A stretch of DNA of 64,000 bases from Mobula hypostoma (lineage: Eukaryota), in contig NC_086100.1 in NCBI RefSeq assembly GCF_963921235.1, forward strand, positions 202,928,001 through 202,992,000, read 5' to 3'. The notes beneath the pieces are model-generated. The model had not been told where the DNA came from. It saw only the letters and a program-made list of their open reading frames with translations, and ran no database searches. Made by a program: the position numbers and the translations under genes. Within the stretch, counting starts at the first letter, position 1. Each line of letters begins with the position of its first letter. Of the stretch, positions 10,625-22,607 are shown piece by piece.

Positions 10625-13622
10625 CCTCCTTCTCTTCTTTGGTTGTCCATCGAAATCCGATGATGATGTCCACTCCTTTAACGTTGAGATCTTTGATGAC
10701 TATACAGTCCTATCCTGGACCCACAAGCTCTATTGCAGGTGGGACATGTATATGTGGTAGTGGTGGCAACCATGGCTGCATTTCTCCTGGCTCTCTTCTG
10801 CTGTCTTCTGGTGGTTCTTTCCACCTCCAGAATACAAACCCCGTCCCTACACAGCTGTCGCCAGGTGATACAGTCAGCAGCAACCTCCTCCAGGTCCTCG
10901 GGTCTGATCTTGCACTTCCTTAAAGCATTCTTCATCTGATCCTTATAGCACTTCTTCGGCCCTCCAGCTGAGCGTCCACCATGATGTAGCTGGCCGTATA
11001 ACACTCTGCGGGGTAGCTGACATGGGGGCATCCTTATCACGTGCCCCAGCCACTGCAGCTGATGCTGGGTGATCATGGCCTCAATACTCCTGCAGTTGGT
11101 CTTTACAGGTATTTCAGTGTGAGGCACCCGCTCACGCCAGGTAATTCCCAGGATGCGCTGGAGGCAGCTTATATGGAAGCTCCAAGGACTTGATGTGACA
11201 GCTGTAGGTTACCCAAGCTTCATAGCTATAAAGGAGGGTGGTGACACAGACCGCTTGGTATACGGCGACCTTTGTGGAGGGGCGAAGGCTCCTGTTCTGA
11301 AAGACTCTACGCCGAAGTCTCCCAAAGGCAGCTGACGCCTGTTTAATGCGGCTCTGGAAGTCGTTGTCAATGCCGCTATCCTCAGAGAGAATGCTCCCCA
11401 GATATTTGAAGGATGGCACTACTGACAGCTTTTCATCACCAACAGTGAAGGCAGGTAGAGTGGGTGGGACACTGGTACTCCATTGGCAAACCACTTCTGT
11501 CTTGGTGGTATTGACAGTCAGCCCCATCCTGCTGTACGCTCTCACCGCCACAGCAAGGACAGTCTGCAGATCCTCCGAAGTATGGGCCACAAGAGCACAG
11601 TCGTCTGCATACTGCAGCTCCAGCACCTGCTCTCTACGGAGTTTGGTGGTTGCGTGGAGCCTCCTGATGTCAAAGAGGTTGCCATCTAATCTGACGTCCA
11701 CTAACACGCCGCTGCTGTCTTCAATCTCGTTGTGGAGAAGCTTGGTATCACACAAGAGGAAGATGTTAAAGAGCACTGGTGCTAGCACACACCCCTGCCT
11801 CACCCCTGTGTGTACAAGGAAGGGCTCGGACTTTTGTCCTCCTACGGTCACCCGAGCAGTCATCCCATCGTGGAATTGGTGGAGGATGTTAACAAACTTA
11901 TTGGGACAGCCAAACCTAAAGAGGAAATCCCATAAGAGCTCTCTTTGCACAGTGTCGAATGCTTTGGAGAGGTCGACAAAGGCCATAAACAGGTCCTAAT
12001 GCTCCCGGCAGTTTTCCTGAAGCTGCCGGGCTGTAAAGATCATGTCGATCATGCTCCTGTTCTTCCTAAATCTACACTGTGATTCAAGCAGCATTGACTC
12101 AGTGATGTTGCTAATGATTCTCTGAAGCATCACCTCAGCCAGGACCTTTCCAGCAACAGAAAGGAGTGATATGCCCCTACTATTGCCGCAGATGGCCTTG
12201 TCACCCTTCTTCTTATAAATAGTAGTTATAGCCATAGTCATAGTCATACTTTATTGATCCCAGGGGGAAATTGGTTATGACAGTGACAATGATGTTTGCA
12301 TTTCTCCATTGCTGTGGGATGTTCTCATCAGTCCAGGCCTTGGTGACGTACTGGTAGAGGGTGTGCATACACATGTACCCTCCGTTCTGCAGTAACTCAG
12401 CAGGGATATTGTCAGTGCCAGGGGACTTGTTGTTTGTAAGGGAATGGACAGCTGATAGAACCTCCTGGAAGGTTGGTGGTAGACTGAGGTTGTGGATAGG
12501 AGGAAGTTCAGGCAGTTCGTCCAGGATGGTGGGGTCTGTGTCAGAGTCCTGATTAAGCAGGGTGTTAAATTGCTCTGCCCACCTCAGCAGAATGGTATTC
12601 TGATTCTTCAGAAGTGTTAGACCATCTGCTGTTTTCAGGGGAGTAATGCATCAATTTATTGGGCCGTAGATGGTTTTGACAGCATTGTAAAAATTCTGCA
12701 TGTCATTACTATCGGCAAAGGACTGGATTTCATGTGCCTTTTCAGTCCACCACTCATTTTGTATGGCCCGTATTGCCTTTTGCACTTTCCTCCAAGCTGC
12801 CTGATGCTGGTGGATGAAGAGTTGTCTAAAGTTGTCCGGTGTGCTTTGTGCGTGTCCTTAAGCAAGTTGTGCATGGTGTCTGAGTTATCGTGAAACCAGT
12901 CTTGGTGGTTCCTGCTCTTATGGCCGATGGATTGGGCTGCTGCCTCATAGAGTGCAGAGCTGATACAGGTCCACTGTTGTTCCATGGTATTTTCTGAGCT
13001 CAGACAAGGCTCCAGCTCCCTTAGTTTCTCAGCTAGGATGCGTGGAAACTCATTCTTGCTTCTGTGTTTCTCAGGCGGTTGCAATTTAGCCACTTTTTAT
13101 TGGATTTTTGCAGCCACAAGGGGGGACGCACTTCCATATGGAGCTTGGCCACAATCATACGGTGGTCAGTCCAGCACTCTGCACCTCTCATGGCACGGGT
13201 GATGAGAACATCCTTGATGTCACTGCGTTTCACAATGATGAAATCAATCATGTGCCATGTTTAGAGCGAGGGCGCATCCACGAGGTCTTATATTTTGCCT
13301 TCTGCTGGAAGATGGTGTTGGTTATGGTAAGGTTATGCTTAGCGCAAAGAGTAAGTAGCCTCATGCCATTTGCATTCACCATGCTAATACCATGCCTACC
13401 TAGCACTCCACTCCATATCCTGTTGTTCTGTCCCACCCTATCGTTGAAGTCTCCAAGCAAAAGGATCTTATCATTCTTAGGGATCCGGCAAAGAGCTTCA
13501 TCCAATGTCTGATAAAAGCATTCCTTGGCCTCATTCTCAGATGGCAAAGTTGGTGCATCGGCACTGAGAAGCGTGGCATAACGTTTCTTTGCCGGGGGAT
13601 ACGGAGGGTCATTAGCCTTTCA
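10625..13622 (-). mobile_element. RTE-clade LINE copy 1 (APE endonuclease + RT, frameshifted)
   Basis: AFVDLSKAFDTV, GVRQGCVLAP, LQYADD, FKYLGS (11132-11986); C-terminal CPTC...H zinc finger (10678-11127); LLGDFN endonuclease motif (13248-13547); GAAGAG/GAAGGAG-like tail. Confidence 0.9.
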
Positions 13623-14466
13623 TGTCTTGGGGTTTTCCTTAATCCTGCTTGCCAAAGCCTTCTTATGGCCCCTTCTGGCTTTCCTAATTTCCTTCTTAAG
13701 CTCCTTCCTGTTAGCCTTATAATATTCTAGGCCTCTAACAGTTCCTAGCTTTCTGAACGTTTTGTACGCTTTTTTTTTCTTCTTGACTAGATTTATTACA
13801 GTCTTTGTTCACCAGGGTTCCTATACCCTACTATAACTTCCCTGTCTCATTGGAACGTACCTATGCAGAACTCCACACAAATATCCCCTAAACATTTGCC
13901 ACATTTCTTCCGTACTTTTCCCTGAGAACATCTGTTCCCAATTTAAGCTTCCAATTTCTTGCCTGATAGCCTCATAATTCCCCTTACTCCAATTAAACGC
14001 TTTTCTAACTTGTCTGTTCCTGTCTCTTTCCAATGCTATTTTAAATGTGATAGAATTATGATCACTAACTCCAAGATGCTCTTCCACTGCGAGATCTGAC
14101 AGCTGACCAGGTTCATTTCCCAATACCAAATCAAGTACAGGCTCTCCTCTTGTAGGCTTATCTAGATATTGTGTCAAGAACCCTTCCTGAACACACCTAA
14201 CAAACTCCACCCCATCTAAACCCCTTGCTCTAGGGAGATGCCAATCGATATTTAGGAAGTTAAAATCTCCCATCATGAGAACTCTGTTATTATTACACCT
14301 TTCCAGCATCTGTTTCCCTATCTGCTCCTCGATATCCCTGTTACTATTGGGCAGCCTATAAAAAACACCCAGTAAAGTTATTGACCCCTTCTTGTTCCTA
14401 ACCTCTACCCACAGTGACTCCGTAGACAATCCCTCCATGATGTTCACCTTTTCTGCAGCGGTGACA
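13623..14466 (-). mobile_element. CR1 endonuclease-domain fragment
   Basis: ORF 13821-14561: GVFYR.PNS, MGDFNF, PTRG..VLDLVL, SDHN. Confidence 0.85.
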
Positions 14467-15175
14467 AATCTGCAAAAAGTTCTAAGAAAGTAGAGGCAGT
14501 CGTGCCTTCTTTGTAATGGCGCTTGTATGCTAGCCCAGGACAGAGGATATTGTAACATCAAGAAATATAAAGTTAATTGATCCTCTCCTCCTTCGATCCC
14601 TTAATGGAGACTGGCTCATGGACATCTGCCTTCTTCCTCCTGTAGTTAATAAGCAGCTCTTCGGTTTTGCTGCCTTTGAGTGAGAGGTTGTCATTGTGGC
14701 ACCACTCTAGCAGATTTTCAGTCTCCCTCTTAAGTGCTGATTCATTACCACCTTTGATTCTGCCAACGACAGTGATGTCAGCAAACTTACATATGGTAGT
14801 GGAGCTGTGCTCAGCCTCATAGTCATTATTATAAAGCAGGAAGCAAAGCATAGAGCCTTGTGATGCACTTGTGCTGATGGAGATTGTGGAAGAGATGTTG
14901 TTGTCAGTCCATACTGACTTGGGTCTCCAGCTGAGGAAATTGAGGATCTAGTTGCACAAGGAGATATCGAGGTGTCGGTCTTTGAACTTAGTGATTAATT
15001 TTGAGGGGCTGATAGTAATGACTGCTGAGCGGCAGTTACTGAAGACCATACTGAAGTATGAAGTAGACGTAGTCGCATCTCAGGCAGTTGATATGCTTCA
15101 TCTGCAACCTCTCAAAACACTTCATCACAGTGGATATAAGTGGTACTGGACGATGGATGTTGAGGCAGGTTACCA
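14467..15175 (-). mobile_element. Old Rex/L2-like RT fragment
   Basis: ORF 14573-14851: ICKFAD.TVVGRI...WCHNDNLSL..SKTEELLINYRR; also RLYFLR-like CLYFLR. Confidence 0.65.
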
Positions 15176-15569
15176 TGAAAGAATTCCCACATGGAACTGT
15201 AGGACCGATTCTCCTGTTTTTGTATACATCTACCAGGACCTCTCCTCTCCCAAGATGACAGACCCAGTCTATTCAGTCTCAGCAGTGCATTGTCCCAGTT
15301 TACTTGACCCCTGCTCTAAGGATAATGTCCCATTCCCTTGAATATATCTGAATTTTAGTCACACTCTGTCTATCACACATATATTTTTCCTTAGGTAAGG
15401 AGCCAGACCTGTTTAAAGTATTCCAGGTGGGGTCTCACCAGGGCCCTGTTTAATTCCGGTAAAACAGGAACTCGGTAAGACTGTTTTAACTCTTGTATGC
15501 AAAGTTCAAAGTAAATTTATTATAAAAGTACATATACTTGTACATATACATGTACATATACAAGTACTA

Positions 15570-17662
15570 ATTTCTGGGAGCAATTTGAAAGGCATAGGAT
15601 ATATACATCCCAAAGACGAAGACGTATTCTAAAGGCAGGGTGACAGAACAGTGGCTGTCGAGAAGTCAAAGCCAACATAACAACCAAAGAGAAGGCATAT
15701 GATAGAGTAAAAATTAGTGGGAAGTTAGAGGATTGCGAAGCATTTAGAAACCAACAAAGTGGGTTTAAACTGATTTGGCAGAGGGGTGGGAACTGGAGTG
15801 ATAGTGCGGAAGATGAGGTAGTTGGTTTACAAACAGAGGCAATGTATAGTGAGATTCCCAGCAAGGAGAGGTTGATAACAGGGCAAAATTGCAGACAACA
15901 GGATGAGTTGTAACGTAAAAGGTGGACAAAAATCGAAAAAGGTGAATACAGGACTGAAGGTGTTGTATCTGAATTTGCGCAGTTTATGGAATAAGATTGT
16001 TCAACTTGTAGCACAGTTGCAGACTGGCGGGAATGATATTGTAAGCATCACTGAATCATGGATGAAAGAGTAAACTTGGGAGCTTAATGTCCAAGGATAT
16101 ACATTGTATTGAAAAGATCGGCAGAAGGCAGAGGGGGTGGTGTGGCTTTGTTGGTAAAAAATGAAATTAAACCATTTAGAAAGAGGGGACATAGGGTCGG
16201 AAGGTATTGAATCGTTATGGATAGAGCCAAAGAACTGCAAGGGAAAAAACCCAGATGGGAGTTATATACAGACTCCCAAACAGTGGTAAGGATGCGGACT
16301 ACAAGTTACAACAGGAGATGGAAAAATGCATGCTAAAGAGCAATGTTCGATAAGGTGCCACACAAGAGACTTATAAATGCATGGAGTCGGAGGAAGTGTA
16401 TTGGCATGGATAGTGGATTGGTTAACCAATAGAAGGCAGAGAGTTGGTATAAATGGGTGTTTCTCCGGTTGGCAGTCAGTGGTGAGTGGGGTGCCGCAGG
16501 GGTCGGTGCTGGGCCCGCAGCTGTTTACCATTTACATTGATGATTTGGAAGAGGGGAATGAGTGTAGCGTAGCAAAATTTGCTGATAACGCTAAACTGAG
16601 TGGAAAAGCAAATTGTACAGAGGATGTGGAGAGTCTGCAGAGGGATATAGATAGGTTAAGTGAGTGGGCCAAGGTCTGGCAGATGGGATACAATGTTGGT
16701 AAATGTGAGATCATCTACTTTGGAAGGAATAATAGAAGAGCAGGTTATTATTTAACTGGTGAAAGATTGCAGCATGCTGTTGTGCAGAGGGACTTGGGAG
16801 TGCTTGTTCATGAATCGCATAAAGTTGGCTTGCAGGTACAAGTTATTAAGAAGGCAAATGGAATGTTGGCCTTCATTGCTAGAGGGATTGAATTCAAGAG
16901 CAGGGAGGTCATGCTGCAACTATACAGGGTACTGGTGAGGCCGCACCTGGAGTACTGTGGGCAGTTCTGTTCTCCATACTTGAGGAAGGATATACTGGCT
17001 TTGGAGGCAGTGCAGAGGAGGTTTACCAGGTTCATTCCAGGGACGAAGGGGTTAACCTATGAGGAGAGATTGAGTTGCCTGGGACTATACTCTCTGGAAT
17101 TCAGAAGAATAAGAGGGGATCTTATAGAAACATACAAAATTTTGAAAGGGATAAATAAGATAGAAGTAGGAAAGTTGTTTTCATTGGTAGGTGAGACTAG
17201 AACTAGGGGACATTGCCTCAAGATTGAGGGGAGAAGATTTAGGATGGAGATGAGGAGAAACTGTTTTTCCCAGAGAGTGCTGAGTCTGTGGAATTCCTTG
17301 CCCAGGGAAGCAGTTGAGGCTTCCTTACTAAATATATTTAATAAACAGTTAGATAGGTTTTTACATAGTAGGGGAATTAAGGGTTATGGGAAAAAGGGAG
17401 GTAGCTAGAGCTGAGTTTATGGACAGATCAGCCATGATCTTACTGAATGGCGGGGCAGGCTCAATGGGCCGGATGACCTACTCCTGCCTCTATTTCTTAT
17501 GTTCTTATGTTCTGATGTTCTGAAAAGTCATGGGGGATTTCAACATAGAGGTGGATTTGGGAAAGTCAGATTGGTGCGGAACTCCAAGAAGGGGAATTTC
17601 TAGAATGCCTACGAGATGGCTTTTTAGAGCAGTTCATGGTTGAGCCAACAGGAGATCAGCTA
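15570..17662 (+). mobile_element. CR1 fragments: older endonuclease-region host (continues 20494-20600) with a younger CR1 3' half nested at 16349-17522
   Basis: ORF 16377-17408 is 343 aa of uninterrupted CR1 RT/C-terminus ([17 protein letters not shown] in place of FADDTK); (TTCTTATG)n tail at ~17490-17520. Confidence 0.85.
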
Positions 17663-17721
17663 CATACATCAAAGTTGCTGGTGAACGCAGCAGGCCAAGC
17701 AGCATCTATAGGAAGAGGCGC

Positions 17722-17757
17722 AGTCGACGTTTCAGGCCGAGACCCTTCGTCAGGACT
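17722..17757 (-). ncRNA. Minimal type I hammerhead ribozyme in the PLE pseudo-LTR
   Basis: Minus strand reads AGTC-CTGACGA-AGG-GTCTCGG-CCT-GAAAC-GTC-GACT: conserved CUGANGA/GAAA core, stems I and II, GUC cleavage triplet, loop-less palindromic stem III as in PLE hammerheads. Confidence 0.8.
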
Positions 17758-18051
17758 AACTGAAGGAAGAGTGAGTAAGGGATTTGAAAGCTGGAGGGGG
17801 AGGGGGAGATGCAAAATGATAGGAGAAGACAGGAGGGGCAGGGATAGAGCCGAGAGCTGGACAGGTGATAGGCAAAAGGGGATACGAGAGGATCATGGGA
17901 CAGGAGGCCTAGGGAGAAAGACGGGGGGGGGCGTGACCCAGAGGATGGGCAAGAGGTATATTCAGAGGGACAGAGGGAGAAAAAGGAGAGTGAGAGAAAG
18001 AATGTGTGCATAAAAATGAGTAACAGCTGCGGTACGAGGGGGAGGTGGGGC

Positions 18052-20418
18052 CTAGCGGAAGTTAGAGAAGTCAATGTTCATGCCATCAGGTTGGAGGCTA
18101 CCCAGACGGAATATAAGGTGTTGTTCCTCCAACCTGAGTGTGGCTTCATCTTTACAGTAGAGGAGGCCGTGGATAGACATGTCAGAATGGGAATGGGATG
18201 TGGAATTAAAATGTGTGGCCACTGGGAGATCCTGCTTTCTCTGGCGGACAGAGCGTAGATGTTCAGCAAAGCGGTCTCCCAGTCTGCGTCGGGTCTCACC
18301 AATATATAAAAGGCCACATCGGGAGCACCGGACGCAGTATATCACCCCAGTCGACACACAGGTGAAGTGATGCCTCACCTGGAAGGACTGTTTGGGGCCC
18401 TGAATGGTGGTAAGGGAGGAAGTGTAAGGGCATGTGTAGCACTTGTTCCGCTTACACGGATAAGTGCCAGGAGGGAGATCAGTGGGGAGGGATGGGGGGG
18501 ACGAATGGACAAGGGAGTTGTGTAGGGAGCGATCCCTGCGGAATGCAGAGAGAGGGGGGGAGGGAAAGATGTGCTTAGTGGTGGGATCCCGTTGGAGGTG
18601 GCGGAAGTTACGGAGAATAATATGTTGGACCCGGAGGCTGGTGGGGTGGTAGGTGAGGACCAGGGGAACCCTATTCCTAGTGGGGTGGTGGGAGGATGGA
18701 GTGAGAGCAGATGTACGTGAAATGGAGGAGATGCGTTTAAGAGCAGAGTTGATAGTGGAGGAAGGGAAGCCCCTTTCTTTAAAAAATGAAGACATCTCCC
18801 TCGTCCTAGAATGAAAAGCCTCATCCTGAGAGCAGATGCGGCGGAGACGGAGGAATTGCGAGAAGGGGATGGCGTTTTTGCAAGAGACAGGGTGAGAAGA
18901 GGAATAGTCCAGATAGCTGTGAGAGTCAGTAGGCTTATAGTAGATATCAGTGGATAAGCTGTCTCCAGAGACAGAGACAGAAAGATCTAGAAAGGGGAGG
19001 GAGGTGTCGGAAATAGACCAGGTAAACTTGAGGGCAGGGTGAAAGTTGGAGGCAAAGTTAATAAAGTCAACGAGTTCTGCATGCGTGCAGGAAGCAGCGC
19101 CAATGCAGTTGTCGATATAGCGAAGGAAAAGTGGGGGACAGATACCAGAATAGGCACGGAACATAGATTGTTCCACAAACCCAACAAAAAGGCAGGCATA
19201 GCTAGGACCCATACGGGTGCCCATAGCTACACCTTTAGTTTGGAGGAAATGGGAGGAGCAAAAGGAGAAATTATTAAGAGTAAGGACTAATTCCGCTAGA
19301 CGGAGCAGAGTGGTGGTAGAGGGGAACTGATTAGGTCTGGAATCCAAAAAGAAGCGTAGAGCTTTGAGACCTTCCTGATGGGGGATGGAAGTATATAAGG
19401 ACTGGACATCCATGGTGAAAATAAAGCGGTGGGGGCCAGGGAACTTAAAATCATCGAAAAGTTTAAGAGCGTGAGAAGTGTCACGAACATAGGTCGGAAG
19501 GGATTGAACAAGGGGTGATAAAACAGTGTCGAGGTATGCAGAAACGAGTTCGGTGGGGCAGGAGCAAGCTGAGACAATAGGTCGGCCAGGACAGGCAGGT
19601 TTGTGGATCTTGGGTAGGAGGTAGAAACGGGAAGTGCGGGGTGTGGGAACTATAAGGTTGGTAGCAGTGGATGGGAGATCCCCTGAGCGGATAAAGTCGT
19701 TGATAGTGTGGGAGACAATGGCCTGGGTCTCCTTAGTGGGGTCACGATCGAGGGGTAAATAAGAGGAGGTATCCGCGAGTTGTCGCTGTGCCTCGGCAAG
19801 GTAGAGGTCAGTACGCCAGACTACAACAGCACCCCCTTTATCAGCGGGTTTAATAATAAGGTTAGGATTAGTGCGGAGGGAGTGGAGAGCAGAGCGTTCC
19901 GAAGGAGTGAGGTTGGAATGGGGATAAGGTGCGGTGAAGTCGAGACGGTTGATGTCCCGTCGGCAGTTGGCAATAAAGAGATCCAGAGCAGGCAGAAGAC
20001 CAGAGCGGGGTGTCCATGAAGAAGAGGAGGGTTGAAGACGGGAGAAGGGGTCATCGGTGGGGGTGGAAGAGTCCTTGCTGAAGAAGTAGGCTCGGAGACG
20101 GAGACGGCGGAAGAAAAGTTCCGCATCGTGACGAACACGGAACTCGCTGAGGTGTGGGCGAAGGGGGACAAACGTGAGGCCCTTACTGAGAACAGAGCGT
20201 TCTGCCTCCGACAGTTGAAGGTTGGAGGGGATGGTAAAGACCCGGCACGGATGAGAGCTGGGATCAGAGGGGGGAGGGGGGAAGCTGGGTGTGTTAGTGG
20301 AGAGGGGAGGGTTGGGGTGAGAGGAAGATGGAGCCTCTGAGGGCCCAGGAGTTGACGGTGGGATCTGAGGAAGACGGGGCTGCGGAGTGGTGGTGGGGGA
20401 AGGGGAGACGGGAGTCAC
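18052..20418 (-). CDS. Penelope-like RT + GIY-YIG endonuclease polyprotein (788 aa; frame stays open to the 5' junction at 20493)
   Basis: PADKGGAVVV, LPKIHKP..PGRPIVS, MDVQSLYTSIP, GVAMGT, RYIDN (normally RYIDD), PFLD; C-terminal GVIYCVRC..C..LYIGET.RRL..RFAEH GIY-YIG domain. Confidence 0.9.
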   Translation of the reverse strand: MTPVSPSPTTTPQPRLPQIPPSTPGPSEAPSSSHPNPPLSTNTPSFPPPPSDPSSHPCRVFTIPSNLQLSEAERSVLSKGLTFVPLRPHLSEFRVRHDAELFFRRLRLRAYFFSKDSSTPTDDPFSRLQPSSSSWTPRSGLLPALDLFIANCRRDINRLDFTAPYPHSNLTPSERSALHSLRTNPNLIIKPADKGGAVVVWRTDLYLAEAQRQLADTSSYLPLDRDPTKETQAIVSHTINDFIRSGDLPSTATNLIVPTPRTSRFYLLPKIHKPACPGRPIVSACSCPTELVSAYLDTVLSPLVQSLPTYVRDTSHALKLFDDFKFPGPHRFIFTMDVQSLYTSIPHQEGLKALRFFLDSRPNQFPSTTTLLRLAELVLTLNNFSFCSSHFLQTKGVAMGTRMGPSYACLFVGFVEQSMFRAYSGICPPLFLRYIDNCIGAASCTHAELVDFINFASNFHPALKFTWSISDTSLPFLDLSVSVSGDSLSTDIYYKPTDSHSYLDYSSSHPVSCKNAIPFSQFLRLRRICSQDEAFHSRTREMSSFFKERGFPSSTINSALKRISSISRTSALTPSSHHPTRNRVPLVLTYHPTSLRVQHIILRNFRHLQRDPTTKHIFPSPPLSAFRRDRSLHNSLVHSSPPSLPTDLPPGTYPCKRNKCYTCPYTSSLTTIQGPKQSFQVRHHFTCVSTGVIYCVRCSRCGLLYIGETRRRLGDRFAEHLRSVRQRKQDLPVATHFNSTSHSHSDMSIHGLLYCKDEATLRLEEQHLIFRLGSLQPDGMNIDFSNFR

Positions 20419-20754
20419 AACAGCAGCACATGAAGACCCGGCCTGGAGTTCAAGGTTGGAGTCGCAGTTGGTGGTTGCGTAATCATTTCGAATGAGATCA
20501 GCTATACTGGATTGGGTGTTGTGCTATGAACCAGAATTGATTAGAGATTTTATGGTAAAAGAACCCCAAGGGGAAAGTGATCATATTATGATCGAACCAG
20601 AACAAACAAGCGAAAATCTGCAGATGCTGAAAATCCAAGCAACATACATGCAGTTGCAGGTTGCTAGAACTATGGGACATAGCTTCAAGATTCAGAGGAG
20701 TAGATTTAGCACGGAGATGAGGAGGAATTGATTTTCCCAGAGAGTGGTGAATCT

Positions 20755-21924
20755 AGAAACATGGAAAACCTACAGCATAATCCAGGCCCTTTGGCCCACA
20801 AAGCTGTGCCAAACATGTCCTTACCTGAGAAATTACCTAGGGTTCCCATAGCCCTCTATTTTTCTGAGCACCATGTACCTGTCCAGGAGTCTCTTAAAAG
20901 ACCCTATGGTATCCGCCTCCACCACCATTGCTGGCAGCCCATTCCACGCACTCAGCACTCCCTGTGTGAAAAAAAACCTAACCCTGCCATCTCCTCTGTA
21001 CCTACTTCAAGCACCTTAAAACTGTGCCCTCTCGTGCTAGCCTTTCCAGCCCTGTGAAAAAGCCTCTGACTATCCTCACCATTAATGTCTCTCATCATTT
21101 TATACACCTCTGTCAGGTCACCTCTCATCCTCCGTTGCTCCAAGGAAAAAAGGCCGAGTTCACTCAATCTATTCTCATAAGGCATGCTCCCTAATCCAGG
21201 CAACATTCTTGTAAATCTCCTCTGCACCCTTTCTATAGTTTCCACATCCTTCCTGTAGTGAGGTGACCAGAGCTGAGCACAGTACTCCAAGTGGGGTCTG
21301 ACCAGGGTCCTATTTAGCGGTAACACTACTTCTTGGCTCCTAAACTCAATCCCACTATTGATGAAGTCTAATGCACTGTATATTGTCTTAACCACAGAGT
21401 CAACCTGCGCAGCAGCTTTGAGTATCCTATCGACTTGAACCCCAAGATCCCTCTGATCCTCCACACTGCCAAGAGTTTTACCATTAATAGTATGTTCTGC
21501 CATCATATTTGACCTACCAGAATGAACCACCTCACACTTATCTGGGTTGAACTCCATCTGCCACTTCTCAGCCCAGTTTTGCATCCTATCAATGTCCCAC
21601 TGTAACCTCTGACAGCCCTTCACACTATCCACAACACCCCCAACCTTTGTGTCATCAGCAAATCTATTAACCCATCCCTCCACTTCTTCATCTAGGTCAT
21701 TTATAAAAACCATGAAGAGCAGGGGTTCCAGAACAGACCCCTGAGGCACACCACTGGTGACCGACCTCCGTGCAGAATATGACCCGTCTGCAACCACTGT
21801 TTGCCTTCTGCGGGCAAACCAGTTCTGTATCCACAAAGCAATGTCCCTTTGGATCCCATACCTCCTTACTTTCTCAATAAACCTTGCATGGGGTACCTTA
21901 TCAAATGCCTTGCTGAAATCCAGA
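20755..21924 (-). mobile_element. CR1 LINE 3' half nested in a + strand CR1 3' end (20660-22160)
   Basis: ORF 20952-21953: [27 protein letters not shown]. The host CR1 resumes at ~21925 (TGTGGAATTCTCTGCCC). Confidence 0.88.
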
Positions 21925-22607
21925 TACAAGAATATGTGGAATTCTCTGCCCAATGAAGCAGTGGAGGCTGCTTCAGTAATTATATGTAAGACAAGGCTGG
22001 ATTATTTTTTTCATTGTAGGGGAATGAAAGGTTATGGGGAAAAGGCAGGTAGGTGGAGATGAGTCCTTGGCCAGGTCAGCCATGGTCTCATTGAATGGTA
22101 GAGCAGGCTTGATGGGCCAGATGGTCTACGCCTGCTTCTATTTCTTATGTCTTTGTGTTCTTATTGAGAAGGTGAGATCAGACGAAGAGTCCTTGAAAGT
22201 GAGTTGGGATTCACCAATTTTTAGCCTTAAAGGCTAATGCTGGACCCTTTTTAGCTTAATGAAAGTTCTTCAAGTATTAATGAAGATCTATTCTTGAAGT
22301 GTTGTCATGGAACTGCTTCAAATATCCCTAAGTTGTGCGAACAATCCAGTGATGAGTTGAGTGAAGTTATTGTCTCTGTTTCAAGAACCTGATGTTTGAG
22401 TGGTAATAGATGTTTCTGAACTTGGTGGTGTGGGTCTTGAGGGTCCTGTACTTCCTAACTAATTGCATCGTGTAGGGAGCATGGCACGGATAGTAGGGCC
22501 TCCTTGATGAAGGATGATGCTTTCCTGTTACAGCGCTCCATGTGGATGTACTCAGTGGTGTACTCAGAGTTTTTTCTGTGATGGGCTGGGCTGTATCCGT
22601 TATTTTT

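Larger units (their letters stand above)
17663..20493 (-). mobile_element. Penelope-like retroelement, 5'-truncated, with 11-bp TSD
   Basis: TSD GAGATCAGCTA at 17652-17662 and 20494-20504 inside a CR1; long RT + GIY-YIG ORF; 3' pseudo-LTR with hammerhead. Confidence 0.92.

Noticed and set aside
11346..11999. Long antisense ORFs over RTE, PLE and CR1 sequence (e.g. 11346-11999, 17636-18013, 56303-56737)
   Set aside because: They are shadow frames of transposon sequence with no recognisable domains or splice signals.
15526..15568. Short imperfect palindrome of GTACATATAC units
   Set aside because: Low-complexity microduplication at a LINE tail junction, with no evidence of function.
16377..17408. 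343-aa ORF as a functional or domesticated gene
   Set aside because: It is a 5'-truncated CR1 RT half with FADD changed to FADN and a normal LINE tail.
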